This document shows, one piece after another, positions 49,492 to 59,349 of a DNA stretch of 64,000 bases. Source of the stretch: Escherichia phage OSYSP; sequence record MF402939; one strand, written 5' to 3'. The number at the start of each line of letters is the position of its first letter. Position 1 is the first letter of the stretch. The position numbers and the translations under genes are program-made. The notes below the pieces were generated by a model. It worked only from the letters and a program-made list of their open reading frames with translations. It was not told the DNA's origin and searched no databases.

Positions 49492-49769
49492 TTTTTAATC
49501 TCCGTAATTATCTGAGCACGCATCACTTTATTAGGTAATTTTGTATTCCCAGCTATTGCTTCAATATTGTTTAGTTTTTCTTTTAGAATATCTGAGCGTC
49601 TCTGTGCTAGTTCAATATCTTGTTCTTGTTCTATTAAGCGGCAGTGAAGTCCACTATTAGTAGTAAGCATACTCTCTATATTTTTTCGCATGCTTACAAT
49701 ACCAATAACCCCACCAATCGCTACTAGTGTCATAAGCACTAGCAATCCAATGAGAATTTCAGTTAACAT
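49488..49769 (-). CDS. Small membrane protein (93 aa)
   Basis: N-terminal TM helix LIGLLVLMTLVAIGGVIGIV then coiled coil. Confidence 0.45.
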   Translation of the reverse strand: MLTEILIGLLVLMTLVAIGGVIGIVSMRKNIESMLTTNSGLHCRLIEQEQDIELAQRRSDILKEKLNNIEAIAGNTKLPNKVMRAQIITEIKK

Positions 49770-49932
49770 TAAATGCCCCTACATTTTTCGTTATTTGGCG
49801 TTACTTTGCAAATCTCTACGTTTAGCTCATGAAGAGACTTGTCTACTTCAGTTAAGCGTATGTTAAGAGAAACCATATTATATATTAGTATTCCTATAAG
49901 GAATGACAGTATTGAAATTGATACTCTTTCCA

Positions 49933-50202
49933 TTATTTCTTACCTTTCAGTTGCTTAACTTCACGCTCAAAAGATGCTGCACGACGTTCGGCAGTCGCTT
50001 GATGCTCTTTAGCAAAACGTGCTTCCTGTTTTGCAAGGTTGAATGTCATAGCATTCTTATTCAGAGAATCATACATCTTTTTCATTGCCGGAATAGACAT
50101 CTTCATGAGCTGACCCTCAAAACCCTGCATGTCGAGGAGAATTGCCAGAACGTTAGCCATTTCGTTTTTAGTCATGTTTTCCATTAGAATTTCCTCTCTC
50201 AT
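49933..50202 (-). CDS. Hypothetical early protein (89 aa)
   Basis: ORF in early array; helical. Confidence 0.45.
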   Translation of the reverse strand: MREEILMENMTKNEMANVLAILLDMQGFEGQLMKMSIPAMKKMYDSLNKNAMTFNLAKQEARFAKEHQATAERRAASFEREVKQLKGKK

Positions 50203-50262
50203 TAATTTATGAACTTATTATACGGAATTTTAAGGCTTAAAGCAACTGAATTTTTTAATTAC

Positions 50263-50694
50263 TTACCAATCGTTAACAACGCCGGAGAACTCAGAAGCAA
50301 AAACTTTTTCAAATTTCTCTGCAATTTCAGGATGATCTTTGCAGATCAGCTCAATACAGGCTTCTGGAGCCATTCCTTCATCTTCAGGATCACCATAGTA
50401 TTTATCCCAAAGATCATCAGGAATGATATGCTCCGCCAAATCTTGGAAAGATATTAACTGATAACGTTCTGCTTCCTCGGGGATAAGGATTTCACAAAGA
50501 TCTTTATCTATATCGCTACGATAATCCGCAATTAATAAGGCATTGCAAGCATGACATTCCCAGACCATCAAACGTTCAGAGATAGGATTAGACTTATCCT
50601 GAACGTAAGACTGGAACAAGGTTCGGAAAGTTGCCTTAACTTGTTCAAACTTATCTGCTGCTGCGAAAACTAGAGCTTTATCAACTTTGTTCAT
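50263..50694 (-). CDS. Hypothetical early protein (143 aa), acidic
   Basis: ORF in early array. Confidence 0.45.
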   Translation of the reverse strand: MNKVDKALVFAAADKFEQVKATFRTLFQSYVQDKSNPISERLMVWECHACNALLIADYRSDIDKDLCEILIPEEAERYQLISFQDLAEHIIPDDLWDKYYGDPEDEGMAPEACIELICKDHPEIAEKFEKVFASEFSGVVNDW

Positions 50695-50861
50695 TTTGAT
50701 TCCTTCTCATCAATTTATAAAGTAATTATACAGAAACTTAAGCATTTTAGCAAATAAAACTTTCAATTAAAATGCCTAATCCTGTGCCAATAGCAATACA
50801 AATGATTATAAGTATTGCTATCGCCTGTATGATTCGTTTAATAATAACCTCAGCTATATAC

Positions 50862-51455
50862 TTAGACATTTATATCGCCACGCAATACAGCAGCTACGTC
50901 TTCTCCTATTTGTAATACCTCGCCGGTAGTACAATTAACCACTCTATCGTAACTAGTAAACTTACCAGACACAATATCCTCTAGTGGAATTGGAGTTCTA
51001 CTCATTTCAAATGAGACATTAATATAACGTGGATCACGTAAAGAAGTAGTATGTACATGTCCGTGAATATTTAGTTTGCCACGAAGTTCATTAGGGTGCA
51101 AAGGGCAGTGAGATAGCCAAAACTTTTTGCCACCTCCAGTCTGTTTGCCTAGAGCTTGAATATCGTCATAAACTTCCGCTAAGTCCCTAATACTCAGTCC
51201 TTGACGCTCCGCATCATGATTACCCATAATGAGTTGATTAGGGACATTGTGGATAACCGACTTTAATTTGGCCAGACCTTCACGACCTACTGCAATATCT
51301 CCTAGCAAAATAAGTTTTGTTCGTTTACCAATATGCTTGGATAAAGTATTTAGAATATACTCATCGTGCTCTTTCATGTTCTTAAACCACGGACGGAAAC
51401 GTAGTGCTCCAGGGTGGTCTAAGTGCAAGTCTGACCAGAATTTAACCTTCATCAC
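50862..51455 (-). CDS. Calcineurin-like metallophosphoesterase
   Basis: Motifs SDLHLD, GDIAVGREG, GNHD, GHVH. Confidence 0.65.
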   Translation of the reverse strand: MMKVKFWSDLHLDHPGALRFRPWFKNMKEHDEYILNTLSKHIGKRTKLILLGDIAVGREGLAKLKSVIHNVPNQLIMGNHDAERQGLSIRDLAEVYDDIQALGKQTGGGKKFWLSHCPLHPNELRGKLNIHGHVHTTSLRDPRYINVSFEMSRTPIPLEDIVSGKFTSYDRVVNCTTGEVLQIGEDVAAVLRGDINV

Positions 51456-51739
51456 TTACTCCTTTTTTGTATTAAATTATCAATCCAGGTAGTTAATACT
51501 CTAGTTTTAAACTCCTCGGGAGTCTCTCCTTCCTTAAGGTCTACCTCATTAAGGTAGGTAGTAAGCCTTGTTTCTATCTCTATTTCAGCAGGAGAATTAA
51601 AACAAAAATTGACTGCTATTCCAGAATATATTACTCCGGTATCTCCTTTGACGAAAGCATTAACTAATGCTCTCCAACGAAGGGCATCAATACGCATTGC
51701 TCGTAATTCTTCTTGTACTTCTTTCATTCTATCATTCAT
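51452..51739 (-). CDS. Hypothetical early protein (95 aa)
   Basis: ATGA overlap with the downstream gene. Confidence 0.45.
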   Translation of the reverse strand: MNDRMKEVQEELRAMRIDALRWRALVNAFVKGDTGVIYSGIAVNFCFNSPAEIEIETRLTTYLNEVDLKEGETPEEFKTRVLTTWIDNLIQKRSK

Positions 51740-52614
51740 TAAAGAATCCTCTGTACACCACAGCTATCTTCTCGAAGCGTGGTAAATGTTGTGATTTTCC
51801 CAGTTTCATCATTAACTTGCGCAACCGTCAACTGCCCGTTGAAAACACCGCCAGTATCAAGATAAACACGGTTCTGGTATAAAATCGGGTAAGGAACCCC
51901 AGTGTGTCCGTGGAACACAAAGTCTATCCCTTTAACTTCGGGCACTTCTACCATGTATTTTTCTTTAAATCCTGCATAACGCTGGAAATACGGATGTTCC
52001 TCACCGTTTTTGGACAAGTATAAACCTATTTCTTGGATTACATCTCGATCCCATAAGTATGGCTCAACATGGTATCCAGGATGGTCATGTGGGTCTTCCT
52101 TAGCTGCTTCTACTTGTGCAATAAGGCTATCCCATACTGGGGTTTCTACTTCGTTACCGCAGTCTTTGTATGTAAAAGGTACACCACCATGAACAACACC
52201 AAACTTCTTACCACGATGTCTAACAGTTAGGAATACTGGCATTTTTTCAGCCATATCTTCGGCAATATTTTTAATGGTGTCTGCATCTAGTTCATTCATG
52301 GCCCACATACCACCATTATACATCCAATTAGCCCAATCTCCAACAATCATAAATTGATCATGATTACCACGGACACTGATAAAACGTGGATTATATAGGA
52401 ATTTGGCTAAAACTTGTAAATTTTGTGTGCCTCGGTCAATTAAGTCACCAACACATACTACACAATCTTTTTTGCTATTATATCCAGCTAATTTCAGCGC
52501 ATCTTCTAGCAAATCGTTGCATCCATGAATATCCCCAACGAAAAACAAGTTGGCCTCATCCGGCACTACTATTGTTTTATGCACATTAAATTCTTTTTTC
52601 ATAATTATTCCCAA
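51739..52614 (-). CDS. Ser/Thr protein phosphatase-like metallophosphoesterase
   Basis: Motifs GDIHGC, GDLIDRG, GNHD, HGG, GH arranged as in PPP-family phosphatases. Confidence 0.7.
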   Translation of the reverse strand: MGIIMKKEFNVHKTIVVPDEANLFFVGDIHGCNDLLEDALKLAGYNSKKDCVVCVGDLIDRGTQNLQVLAKFLYNPRFISVRGNHDQFMIVGDWANWMYNGGMWAMNELDADTIKNIAEDMAEKMPVFLTVRHRGKKFGVVHGGVPFTYKDCGNEVETPVWDSLIAQVEAAKEDPHDHPGYHVEPYLWDRDVIQEIGLYLSKNGEEHPYFQRYAGFKEKYMVEVPEVKGIDFVFHGHTGVPYPILYQNRVYLDTGGVFNGQLTVAQVNDETGKITTFTTLREDSCGVQRIL

Positions 52615-52850
52615 ATAACAGTTAAAATAGTTGTGCCATACTCATTAGATAATTGGAGAGTATAACCCTCTTTATTGAGGGCTTTTATAGCTTCATAACT
52701 AATTTCGTCACGATTAAGCTGTACAAAAGAACCTCCAATCTCTACAGAAGATACTATCCTCCGCTTAACCCATCTATACGTTTTCTTTCGGCTCTTAAGG
52801 GACGCGGCTCTATTTATCCTAGCTAAACGTTTTGCTTGCTCTGCTAACAT
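52605..52850 (-). CDS. Hypothetical early protein (81 aa)
   Basis: ORF in early array. Confidence 0.4.
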   Translation of the reverse strand: MLAEQAKRLARINRAASLKSRKKTYRWVKRRIVSSVEIGGSFVQLNRDEISYEAIKALNKEGYTLQLSNEYGTTILTVIWE

Positions 52851-52908
52851 TTAATCCTCCTATCAATCTATACAAATATTATACCAAAATTTTTAGCAAA
52901 AAGCAAGT

Positions 52909-52946
52909 AAAATAAAAGCCTGATCAGCTAAGATCAGGCTTTGTTT
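52909..52946. terminator. Bidirectional rho-independent terminator
   Basis: AGCCTGATC-loop-GATCAGGCT with A-run upstream and T-run downstream. Confidence 0.6.
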
Positions 52947-52947
52947 A

Positions 52948-53238
52948 TTAGTCTTCTGGATTATCATCCAGGAAATTTTTAATAGCTTCGTGCATAGTTT
53001 CTTTACGAAGCTGACGTCCAATCAAAATATGGTTAGCTTCTACTCGACCATTAGGTAAGCGATCTGCCAGAACTACTACAGGAACTTGGCGCACACCAAA
53101 TTTCTGCATTAATTCTGTATTATCAGTCTCTTTGTGGACTTCCAAATTATAGTCATTGACTACTTTATCAAATACTGGCTCAAACATTTTGCAAGGATTG
53201 CAAGTGGAACCTTTCAATAGATATACTAACTTACTCAT
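52948..53238 (-). CDS. Thioredoxin/glutaredoxin-fold protein
   Basis: 96 aa with CNPC (CxxC) motif near N-terminus and cis-Pro-like VPVV downstream. Confidence 0.6.
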   Translation of the reverse strand: MSKLVYLLKGSTCNPCKMFEPVFDKVVNDYNLEVHKETDNTELMQKFGVRQVPVVVLADRLPNGRVEANHILIGRQLRKETMHEAIKNFLDDNPED

Positions 53239-53662
53239 AGTTATTAATGGCCTCTAAGAAGTTTTTCATAGTTTTTACGGTTGCGGTGCTCAGATCAAGA
53301 TTTACACCCAAACACTCGGTTAATGCTTCCTGATAAGGAGCCTTTAATCTGCCTTCTGGGACTTCTACCTTCTTATATTCTTTATTTTTGACCTTTTTAA
53401 TCATAGTCTCTAGTACAAGAAGCGGTAATTTAACACCTTCAATATCAGTACCCAAAAGTTCAGTTAAAATTTTATTAAGATCAAGACGAGTTAACTTTTT
53501 GCCCTTAGACATAGATGCACCTACCTTTGTATCAATAGATTTTTCCGCTTTCTTTTCGAGCTTTTTGTACTCAGGAGAGTCATGATCACGGAGTGCAATG
53601 TTTAGCTCGTAATGTGGTATACGAAAATGTTCCGCCATTTGAGTATAGAAACGATCAGACAT
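53231..53662 (-). CDS. Hypothetical early protein (143 aa)
   Basis: ORF in early array. Confidence 0.45.
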   Translation of the reverse strand: MSDRFYTQMAEHFRIPHYELNIALRDHDSPEYKKLEKKAEKSIDTKVGASMSKGKKLTRLDLNKILTELLGTDIEGVKLPLLVLETMIKKVKNKEYKKVEVPEGRLKAPYQEALTECLGVNLDLSTATVKTMKNFLEAINNYE

Positions 53663-53737
53663 AATATATACCTCTCTTAACTAATTTATGTATATATTAT
53701 ATAATAACTAGGGCTAAAAGTCAACTACTTTTTTATC

Positions 53738-54154
53738 TTAATCTACTGCATGGATAAATCTTTTCCTAACTAGATACATAGTTATTGGGTAAATTGAGTA
53801 CATAAGTATCGGGGAGAAAAGGGTGAAATATGCTGTAACTCCCCCAGCTAACATCAAAGGTATTAATGCTAGAGTAAGGGCCATAAGAATCATGCCGAAT
53901 GAAACAGCCAAAGCTATGGATATAGGATTCTCTAGTTCCATCCATAACCAACAATATTTCGTATCTCTATGGCAATTGCATTTACAAACGCCGAATGAAC
54001 CCATAATTATATACTCTAGTCCGTGAATAACCTTTATTAATAAGCTATTTCGGGTAGTTAATGCAAGGATAGTAAAGACTATCATTAAAACGAATACTAC
54101 TAGACTTATTTTCCAGATACCTAGCAGCATCATAGTGAATAGTTCTGCAAACAT
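53738..54154 (-). CDS. Integral membrane protein (138 aa)
   Basis: Four hydrophobic helices. Confidence 0.5.
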   Translation of the reverse strand: MFAELFTMMLLGIWKISLVVFVLMIVFTILALTTRNSLLIKVIHGLEYIIMGSFGVCKCNCHRDTKYCWLWMELENPISIALAVSFGMILMALTLALIPLMLAGGVTAYFTLFSPILMYSIYPITMYLVRKRFIHAVD

Positions 54155-54195
54155 GGCTTTCTCCTATCTTCAAAAATTATTAAAGCCCCCTTTGC

Positions 54196-54220
54196 CTAAA
54201 AAGGCGGGAATATTCCCGCC
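54196..54220 (-). terminator. Rho-independent terminator after endolysin gene
   Basis: GGCGGGAAT-ATTCCCGCC hairpin followed on the - strand by TTTTTT. Confidence 0.6.
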
Positions 54221-54231
54221 TCAGTTATTAA

Positions 54232-54645
54232 TTAAACTAGTTCGACATGACCGCCATCATAGGTACCACGTTTTATTTCATCGTGATAATCTCCCGAAGC
54301 ATTCCAATCAGCACCAAAGCGAAGTTTAATGCCTAGTTCTTTACCCGCTTGTTCAAAAGCCTTTTTAACTGCCCAAAATGCTTCTAAATCATTCCAATCA
54401 ATTTTGCCATTAATGTATGGAGCAAAATCAAGGGCATCCCCAGTAATATGCTTGCTTTTACTAGGATCTTTTAAAAATGAAGTACCATTAGCAATATTCT
54501 GGGCACTTTGTGCTACTGTACGAATACCCTGTACGATCGTGAAATCATAAGGAGATAGTTCTAAAGCCCTACGAGCTACTTTTTGTAGTTCGGGCTTAAC
54601 GGTAGCTAATTGTTTTTCACTATTTTTACCAAATTTAAAACTCAT
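54232..54645 (-). CDS. Endolysin, L-alanyl-D-glutamate peptidase type
   Basis: 137 aa as for T5 endolysin; zinc-peptidase-like H...D...H residues (HITGDALDF, HVE); directly downstream of holin. Confidence 0.75.
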   Translation of the reverse strand: MSFKFGKNSEKQLATVKPELQKVARRALELSPYDFTIVQGIRTVAQSAQNIANGTSFLKDPSKSKHITGDALDFAPYINGKIDWNDLEAFWAVKKAFEQAGKELGIKLRFGADWNASGDYHDEIKRGTYDGGHVELV

Positions 54646-55325
54646 ATTGATCTACCTAAAGATCTCTGTTGTGGAGAACAGAGCTTTGCTAAATATTCCT
54701 TGAACTGTTCAGAATCAGCTGTATCTACCGGATTATCTTTCCAAGCAATACCAATGTACCCAGCATAGATATTTTTTAGATTGAAGTATGGACAAGTGTA
54801 TATGTAATTAAAAGTAACGTTTTTAAACGCAGGTATATTTAACCCCATATATTTATTTACTCTTACACTTAAATCCGATGCGTAGTTAAAGCCCTCTAAA
54901 TGACGTCTGTATAATTCAGACGTTTTATTTACCGCTTTATCGGCCAAGTCAGCCCTATCTAATTGCGCATTACTTTCCCATGCAATAATATTGGAATAAT
55001 CATTGATAGCATCTGGTTTATACTTGACTACAAAAACAGCATCTGCACCCGTCTGAGAGAAGAGAACCATGCTCTTTTCCCCCGCCACATTAGGGAAGTT
55101 ATCTATCCTCTGGGTTTGTAAATCCTGTAAAACTGCAGACGTGGAAAAGGTTTTTAAGAATGACATCACTTCACTAGTATTACTAACAAATAAGAAAATA
55201 ATGACAGCAACTAAGATAGTTAGCAGACGTTTAAGAAGCGATGCTGGGTCTTTCGCTTCTTGGAGCAGTACTGTTAATAATTGTAAGAACTTTTCCAATT
55301 TGTAACCTCCTCTAACCAGTACCAT
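54642..55325 (-). CDS. Holin (putative)
   Basis: 227 aa with one strong TM helix LLTILVAVIIFLFV; ATGA overlap with the endolysin gene. Confidence 0.6.
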   Translation of the reverse strand: MVLVRGGYKLEKFLQLLTVLLQEAKDPASLLKRLLTILVAVIIFLFVSNTSEVMSFLKTFSTSAVLQDLQTQRIDNFPNVAGEKSMVLFSQTGADAVFVVKYKPDAINDYSNIIAWESNAQLDRADLADKAVNKTSELYRRHLEGFNYASDLSVRVNKYMGLNIPAFKNVTFNYIYTCPYFNLKNIYAGYIGIAWKDNPVDTADSEQFKEYLAKLCSPQQRSLGRSI

Positions 55326-55555
55326 TATACTAATTTTGGAGGAAAATTACAATGTGTTTTTAAAGATCACTTCTGGAGCATAAAATTTTGTCGTTGTCAA
55401 GAAGAATTTTAGATAAAAGAAAAGCCAGGGTCGTTAAACCCTGGCTTAAAATTACTTACTCTTCGTTGTGCTCCTCGGATTGAGGTAACTGGGCTTTATT
55501 ATATTGCTCAGATCGATATTTTGCCAAGATTTCAATACGCTTATGGATTTCTTTG

Positions 55556-56056
55556 CTATCTAGATAGATATTTTTTGTTGTCTTTTACCATTTCGTCGAT
55601 TTCGTCTATAGAGAAGAACGGATAGTAGACATCTAGCATCATATCTTCTACGAACTTGTTGTAAGATTCATAGGCTTTCTTGATTTCTTGACCCTTCTCA
55701 CAGAATCCGCCAGAGAACGTGTGTCCCATTAGCGTAGCATGTGGATGTACTACCCATCCATGACAGGATAGGAAAATTGTGCAGTAAGCAGAAGCACTAG
55801 GACCGAGCAGGTGTCCAATAACCGTTCCACGACAGTTAGCGATTAAGTTAGATAGTTGTGCAGCAGTATCAACGTAACCACCAGGCCCATTAATCATCAG
55901 ATTAATTTCATCATCTTCACCAGCCTGCATCAGTATCATGGATAGGTCACGATACTCATCCGGTGAGCCTAATTCTTCATCAAAGAAAAAGGTATATTCG
56001 TTAGATTGGCGAACAGTGTGAAACAGGTTAGTCTTTTCTTCTTTCTTATTAGTCAT
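55556..56056 (-). CDS. ClpP-like serine protease (S14 family-like)
   Basis: INGPGG (cf. ClpP INSPGG), GPSASAY (catalytic Ser context), VVHPH (His context). Confidence 0.6.
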   Translation of the reverse strand: MTNKKEEKTNLFHTVRQSNEYTFFFDEELGSPDEYRDLSMILMQAGEDDEINLMINGPGGYVDTAAQLSNLIANCRGTVIGHLLGPSASAYCTIFLSCHGWVVHPHATLMGHTFSGGFCEKGQEIKKAYESYNKFVEDMMLDVYYPFFSIDEIDEMVKDNKKYLSR

Positions 56057-56068
56057 AGTGATCCTTAA

Positions 56069-56821
56069 TTATCCAACTAGTGGTTCTAGCTCTAAGTCAC
56101 AGAAGTGGTACACATCGGTACGAAGTGCATCAAGTCCGTTGAAGGTATTCTCAAATTTATGAGAAATGTATTTTTCAGGAATACCGCTTTCAGACGGATG
56201 ATCTGTCTCGATGCGATACTTATTAGTAATACCAGATTCAACCTTAATAAGCATGGAATCCATATCTAGAGTATTGGTTTCCATGATTAGCTCTCCCTCA
56301 TTGGGGAAACGCACATCGGTAACGATTGCGACGTCTGGGTCGTCTTTATCGATGGATTGCTCCAGAATTATGAGCCAAATGCGTTCATGCACCAGCTGCC
56401 TTCCTAACTCAGTACCTACAAGCTGTAGCATTTTTCTTGGGGAGATAAACACGCTATACAGCGCATCATCAGCTTGCCCAATTAACTGCTGAGGATCAAG
56501 GTATTTTCCTTCAAAAATCGGCCAAACGTACGAGAAGTCCTCAAACTTATCGATACCATACTTAAACCATACGTCTCTAGCTCGCTCCAATTGAGATTGT
56601 GTGACCGTAAACCATTGGTCAATCTCTTTTCCCCTGCGCTCTCCCAGAAACTCTGGAGTTACCCCGAGGATTACGGATGCAAGTTCGTAAACGGGTTTAG
56701 CAAAACTGTAACGACGGGATAAACACGTTGGGAACGTGTCATTACACCAGTCAATCATTAATTCTGCAACGGTATCTTTTCCCGCACCAGCCTCACCATG
56801 TAAACCGACTAATACTGACAT
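56069..56821 (-). CDS. Deoxynucleoside monophosphate kinase
   Basis: 250 aa; P-loop GLHGEAGAGKDT at N-terminus; same size as T5 dNMP kinase. Confidence 0.7.
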   Translation of the reverse strand: MSVLVGLHGEAGAGKDTVAELMIDWCNDTFPTCLSRRYSFAKPVYELASVILGVTPEFLGERRGKEIDQWFTVTQSQLERARDVWFKYGIDKFEDFSYVWPIFEGKYLDPQQLIGQADDALYSVFISPRKMLQLVGTELGRQLVHERIWLIILEQSIDKDDPDVAIVTDVRFPNEGELIMETNTLDMDSMLIKVESGITNKYRIETDHPSESGIPEKYISHKFENTFNGLDALRTDVYHFCDLELEPLVG

Positions 56822-57174
56822 TAATCTTTCCTATTTGTAATGGGTGGATAGTAAACTAAGCAACGTTTTTCTTGTAAATCTTGACGATAGAAGCAAACCA
56901 TACCAGTCAGTCGTGAAATGTAAGAGTAAACTGCTTCCTCGCATTTTGCTTTTGCATTCCAATCTTTGTAAGGTACAACAACTACTACGCCATCTTCGCC
57001 ATTTGTAGCTAATTTCTTTTCGAATTTGAAATCAAAGCTACACGGCTGAAGTCCTTTAGGCCAGTCAACATGGGCTTGCTTTAACTCATGTGAAGGCTCT
57101 GGTTTTATTTCTTCTGCACAGCCTGTGATTGTGATTGCGGCTGCGAGCAGTACTCCAAGTTTCCAGTTAAACAT
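56821..57174 (-). CDS. Outer-membrane lipoprotein, candidate o-spanin
   Basis: Signal peptide with lipobox ITGC; 117 aa; 5' end overlaps a TM/coiled-coil protein gene. Confidence 0.5.
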   Translation of the reverse strand: MFNWKLGVLLAAAITITGCAEEIKPEPSHELKQAHVDWPKGLQPCSFDFKFEKKLATNGEDGVVVVVPYKDWNAKAKCEEAVYSYISRLTGMVCFYRQDLQEKRCLVYYPPITNRKD

Positions 57175-57548
57175 GCTAATCTTTCCTCGAACTCCTTACT
57201 CTGCTTTTTAGCAATTAATGTAACCAATCCAGGCTTTGCAGCTATAATGTCTTGACGACTAAGTGCTTTATCAAGCTGACTAATTTTCTTGTCTAGATCT
57301 GCTTGGGAAACATTATTCATTGTGAAATACTGATTCATACGAGTTTCACGAAGTTCACTCTCAGCTTTCACATTATTAAGGGAAGTCTCTAGGGACGTAA
57401 TCTTTTTAGTAGCTACTGCAAGATCACCTGCTAGAGTCTCAACCTTATTTACTAAGTGATAAGCACCGAATCCGATACCTATCGCAAGACCAGCTCCCAG
57501 GATATACATCTTATTATCCCAAACTAAGTCTACAAACCATTTCCACAT
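57105..57548 (-). CDS. TM plus coiled-coil protein, candidate i-spanin
   Basis: N-terminal TM helix YILGAGLAIGIGFGAY then long coiled coil. Confidence 0.5.
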   Translation of the reverse strand: MWKWFVDLVWDNKMYILGAGLAIGIGFGAYHLVNKVETLAGDLAVATKKITSLETSLNNVKAESELRETRMNQYFTMNNVSQADLDKKISQLDKALSRQDIIAAKPGLVTLIAKKQSKEFEERLACLTGNLEYCSQPQSQSQAVQKK

Positions 57549-58045
57549 CAGCCTGTACTCGCAAACTCACCGTGGAGTTCTTTGAGTTTGGTATCTCGCC
57601 ATTCTATGGCCTCTTCCAAACTCTTAAGTGTTTTCGAAACTTGCTTACCATGTTTAGTGATTCTTACTTGGTAAGTCCCATTTGTTTTTCTATGAATATT
57701 TTTAACGCCTAAATGGTTATCGCTTCTTACTTTTTGATTACAAGCGTTATCAGATCTTGTAGCAGGTCTTAGATTCTCAAACCTATCATTAGTTGAGTCT
57801 TTATCCTTATGATCAACTATTTCTGGCCATTCTCCAGTATGCCATGCATAGATTAATCTATGTGTACCTATAGCTAGAGAACCATTATATAGCTCAACTA
57901 CTCTATGTCCTGTACTTTGTCTAGATCCTGCTACTGTTCCGGCGAATATCTTATTAAAGTGTTCGTCCCCTTCCCTGGGTTTCCAGATAAGATTACCATC
58001 ATCTCGGTAATCGAACATTCTTCTTAGCTCTTCCTTACTGATCAT
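57548..58045 (-). CDS. HNH homing endonuclease with AP2-like DNA-binding domain
   Basis: HRLIYAWHTGEWPEIVDHKD...NLRPATRSDN (HNH core) followed by NGTYQVRITKHGKQV (AP2-like). Confidence 0.65.
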   Translation of the reverse strand: MISKEELRRMFDYRDDGNLIWKPREGDEHFNKIFAGTVAGSRQSTGHRVVELYNGSLAIGTHRLIYAWHTGEWPEIVDHKDKDSTNDRFENLRPATRSDNACNQKVRSDNHLGVKNIHRKTNGTYQVRITKHGKQVSKTLKSLEEAIEWRDTKLKELHGEFASTG

Positions 58046-58740
58046 CTTTTCATATTCCTAAAAGAAGTAACAGTATCAAATCCATGTGCGGCTAAGCGAT
58101 CCTTATCGGAAGTGGTAATAGTATCTGGTTCACCAGTTCCTAATACGCCCCAGATATATTGCTCGATCATCTGGTGTAAACGGTATAAGTTACTTTCAAT
58201 TTCCTGCCACGGAATACCTGACTGATGGAAACGAATGTTAGTCTGAATCACGAAGTTACGAACATCATCGTTATCGTTCTTTTTAATACCTTTCACATAT
58301 GCAATCGGTACACGCAGTTCGGATAAGATACGTTCTGCTTTAGGTTTTGCTTCAGCGAGCAAATCACGCATTGTTTCACGAACATCTCCGCGACTCTTAT
58401 CCATTAAGTAAGAGCGAGCATGCAATCCCATCTCTTCCATTTTATCGAACATAGTGTCGAGGTTGAACGTTTTGAAGCTAAATGCTGGATGCCAGCAGTA
58501 CAGCTCGTGTAACCAGTAAACTTCACCTGCAACAAATAGTGGGTTTACAAAATATTCGAAATCACCACGGAAAGATAGCGAACCATCACGAAATACCTGA
58601 CGACTATGCACGATGTTCTTTTCTGCATCATCAGTTACTTTAACCAGTAGCTCTTCAGTTTTACGCTCCCAAACACGATCTGCATCAAATAAACTGTTCT
58701 GCAAATCATATACATCGGCGAATTTAGAAATGATCCTCAT
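58042..58740 (-). CDS. Hypothetical early protein (232 aa)
   Basis: ORF in early array. Confidence 0.5.
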   Translation of the reverse strand: MRIISKFADVYDLQNSLFDADRVWERKTEELLVKVTDDAEKNIVHSRQVFRDGSLSFRGDFEYFVNPLFVAGEVYWLHELYCWHPAFSFKTFNLDTMFDKMEEMGLHARSYLMDKSRGDVRETMRDLLAEAKPKAERILSELRVPIAYVKGIKKNDNDDVRNFVIQTNIRFHQSGIPWQEIESNLYRLHQMIEQYIWGVLGTGEPDTITTSDKDRLAAHGFDTVTSFRNMKR

Positions 58741-58894
58741 ATTTAATCCTCTTGCCTCAATCTATAAACATATTATACAAAAGTTTGGGCATCTAAGCAA
58801 CTAAAATTTTATTATAAAAATAGCCCAGTCGCAAAAGTGCAGGCTGGGCTTTGTCATTATTTGCTTTTGCTAGTAAGCTGACTTAGTGTCAATC

Positions 58895-59275
58895 TTATGT
58901 AATATTAGTTTCTCTAGCTTTGCGTAGTACCCCTGCATTTCTCCACAATTTGATGTCAGCAACTGTTTCTTTATACGGAGCAATGGTAGAACCAATTGGG
59001 CCAGCAACTAATAGTCCAAAGAACCCTACAATACGCATGTAGAACAAGCATTCTTTGGCTGTCATATTATTTACTGCTTTTTTCTGCTTTTCATCTTTAA
59101 ACTTCTGTTCTTGATCATCAATACGTAGATATTTAACAAACCATTCAGCAGAATGTTCGTCCAAATGTCTAATAATAGCTATCGCATATCCAGCACCGAT
59201 TAAAAACCAAGTTGCAACAAGAATTAGTAATATAGTCATATTATCTCCAGTTAGGGCTAGCAGCCACCTCACCAC
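58895..59275 (-). CDS. Membrane protein (126 aa)
   Basis: Two TM helices. Confidence 0.5.
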   Translation of the reverse strand: MVRWLLALTGDNMTILLILVATWFLIGAGYAIAIIRHLDEHSAEWFVKYLRIDDQEQKFKDEKQKKAVNNMTAKECLFYMRIVGFFGLLVAGPIGSTIAPYKETVADIKLWRNAGVLRKARETNIT

Positions 59276-59349
59276 TTACCGCACTAAGGGGCACGACTCC
59301 CTTATCCGTAACAGTTGCAGGTGACGCAACTCGGTCCTACGCGAGTTCT

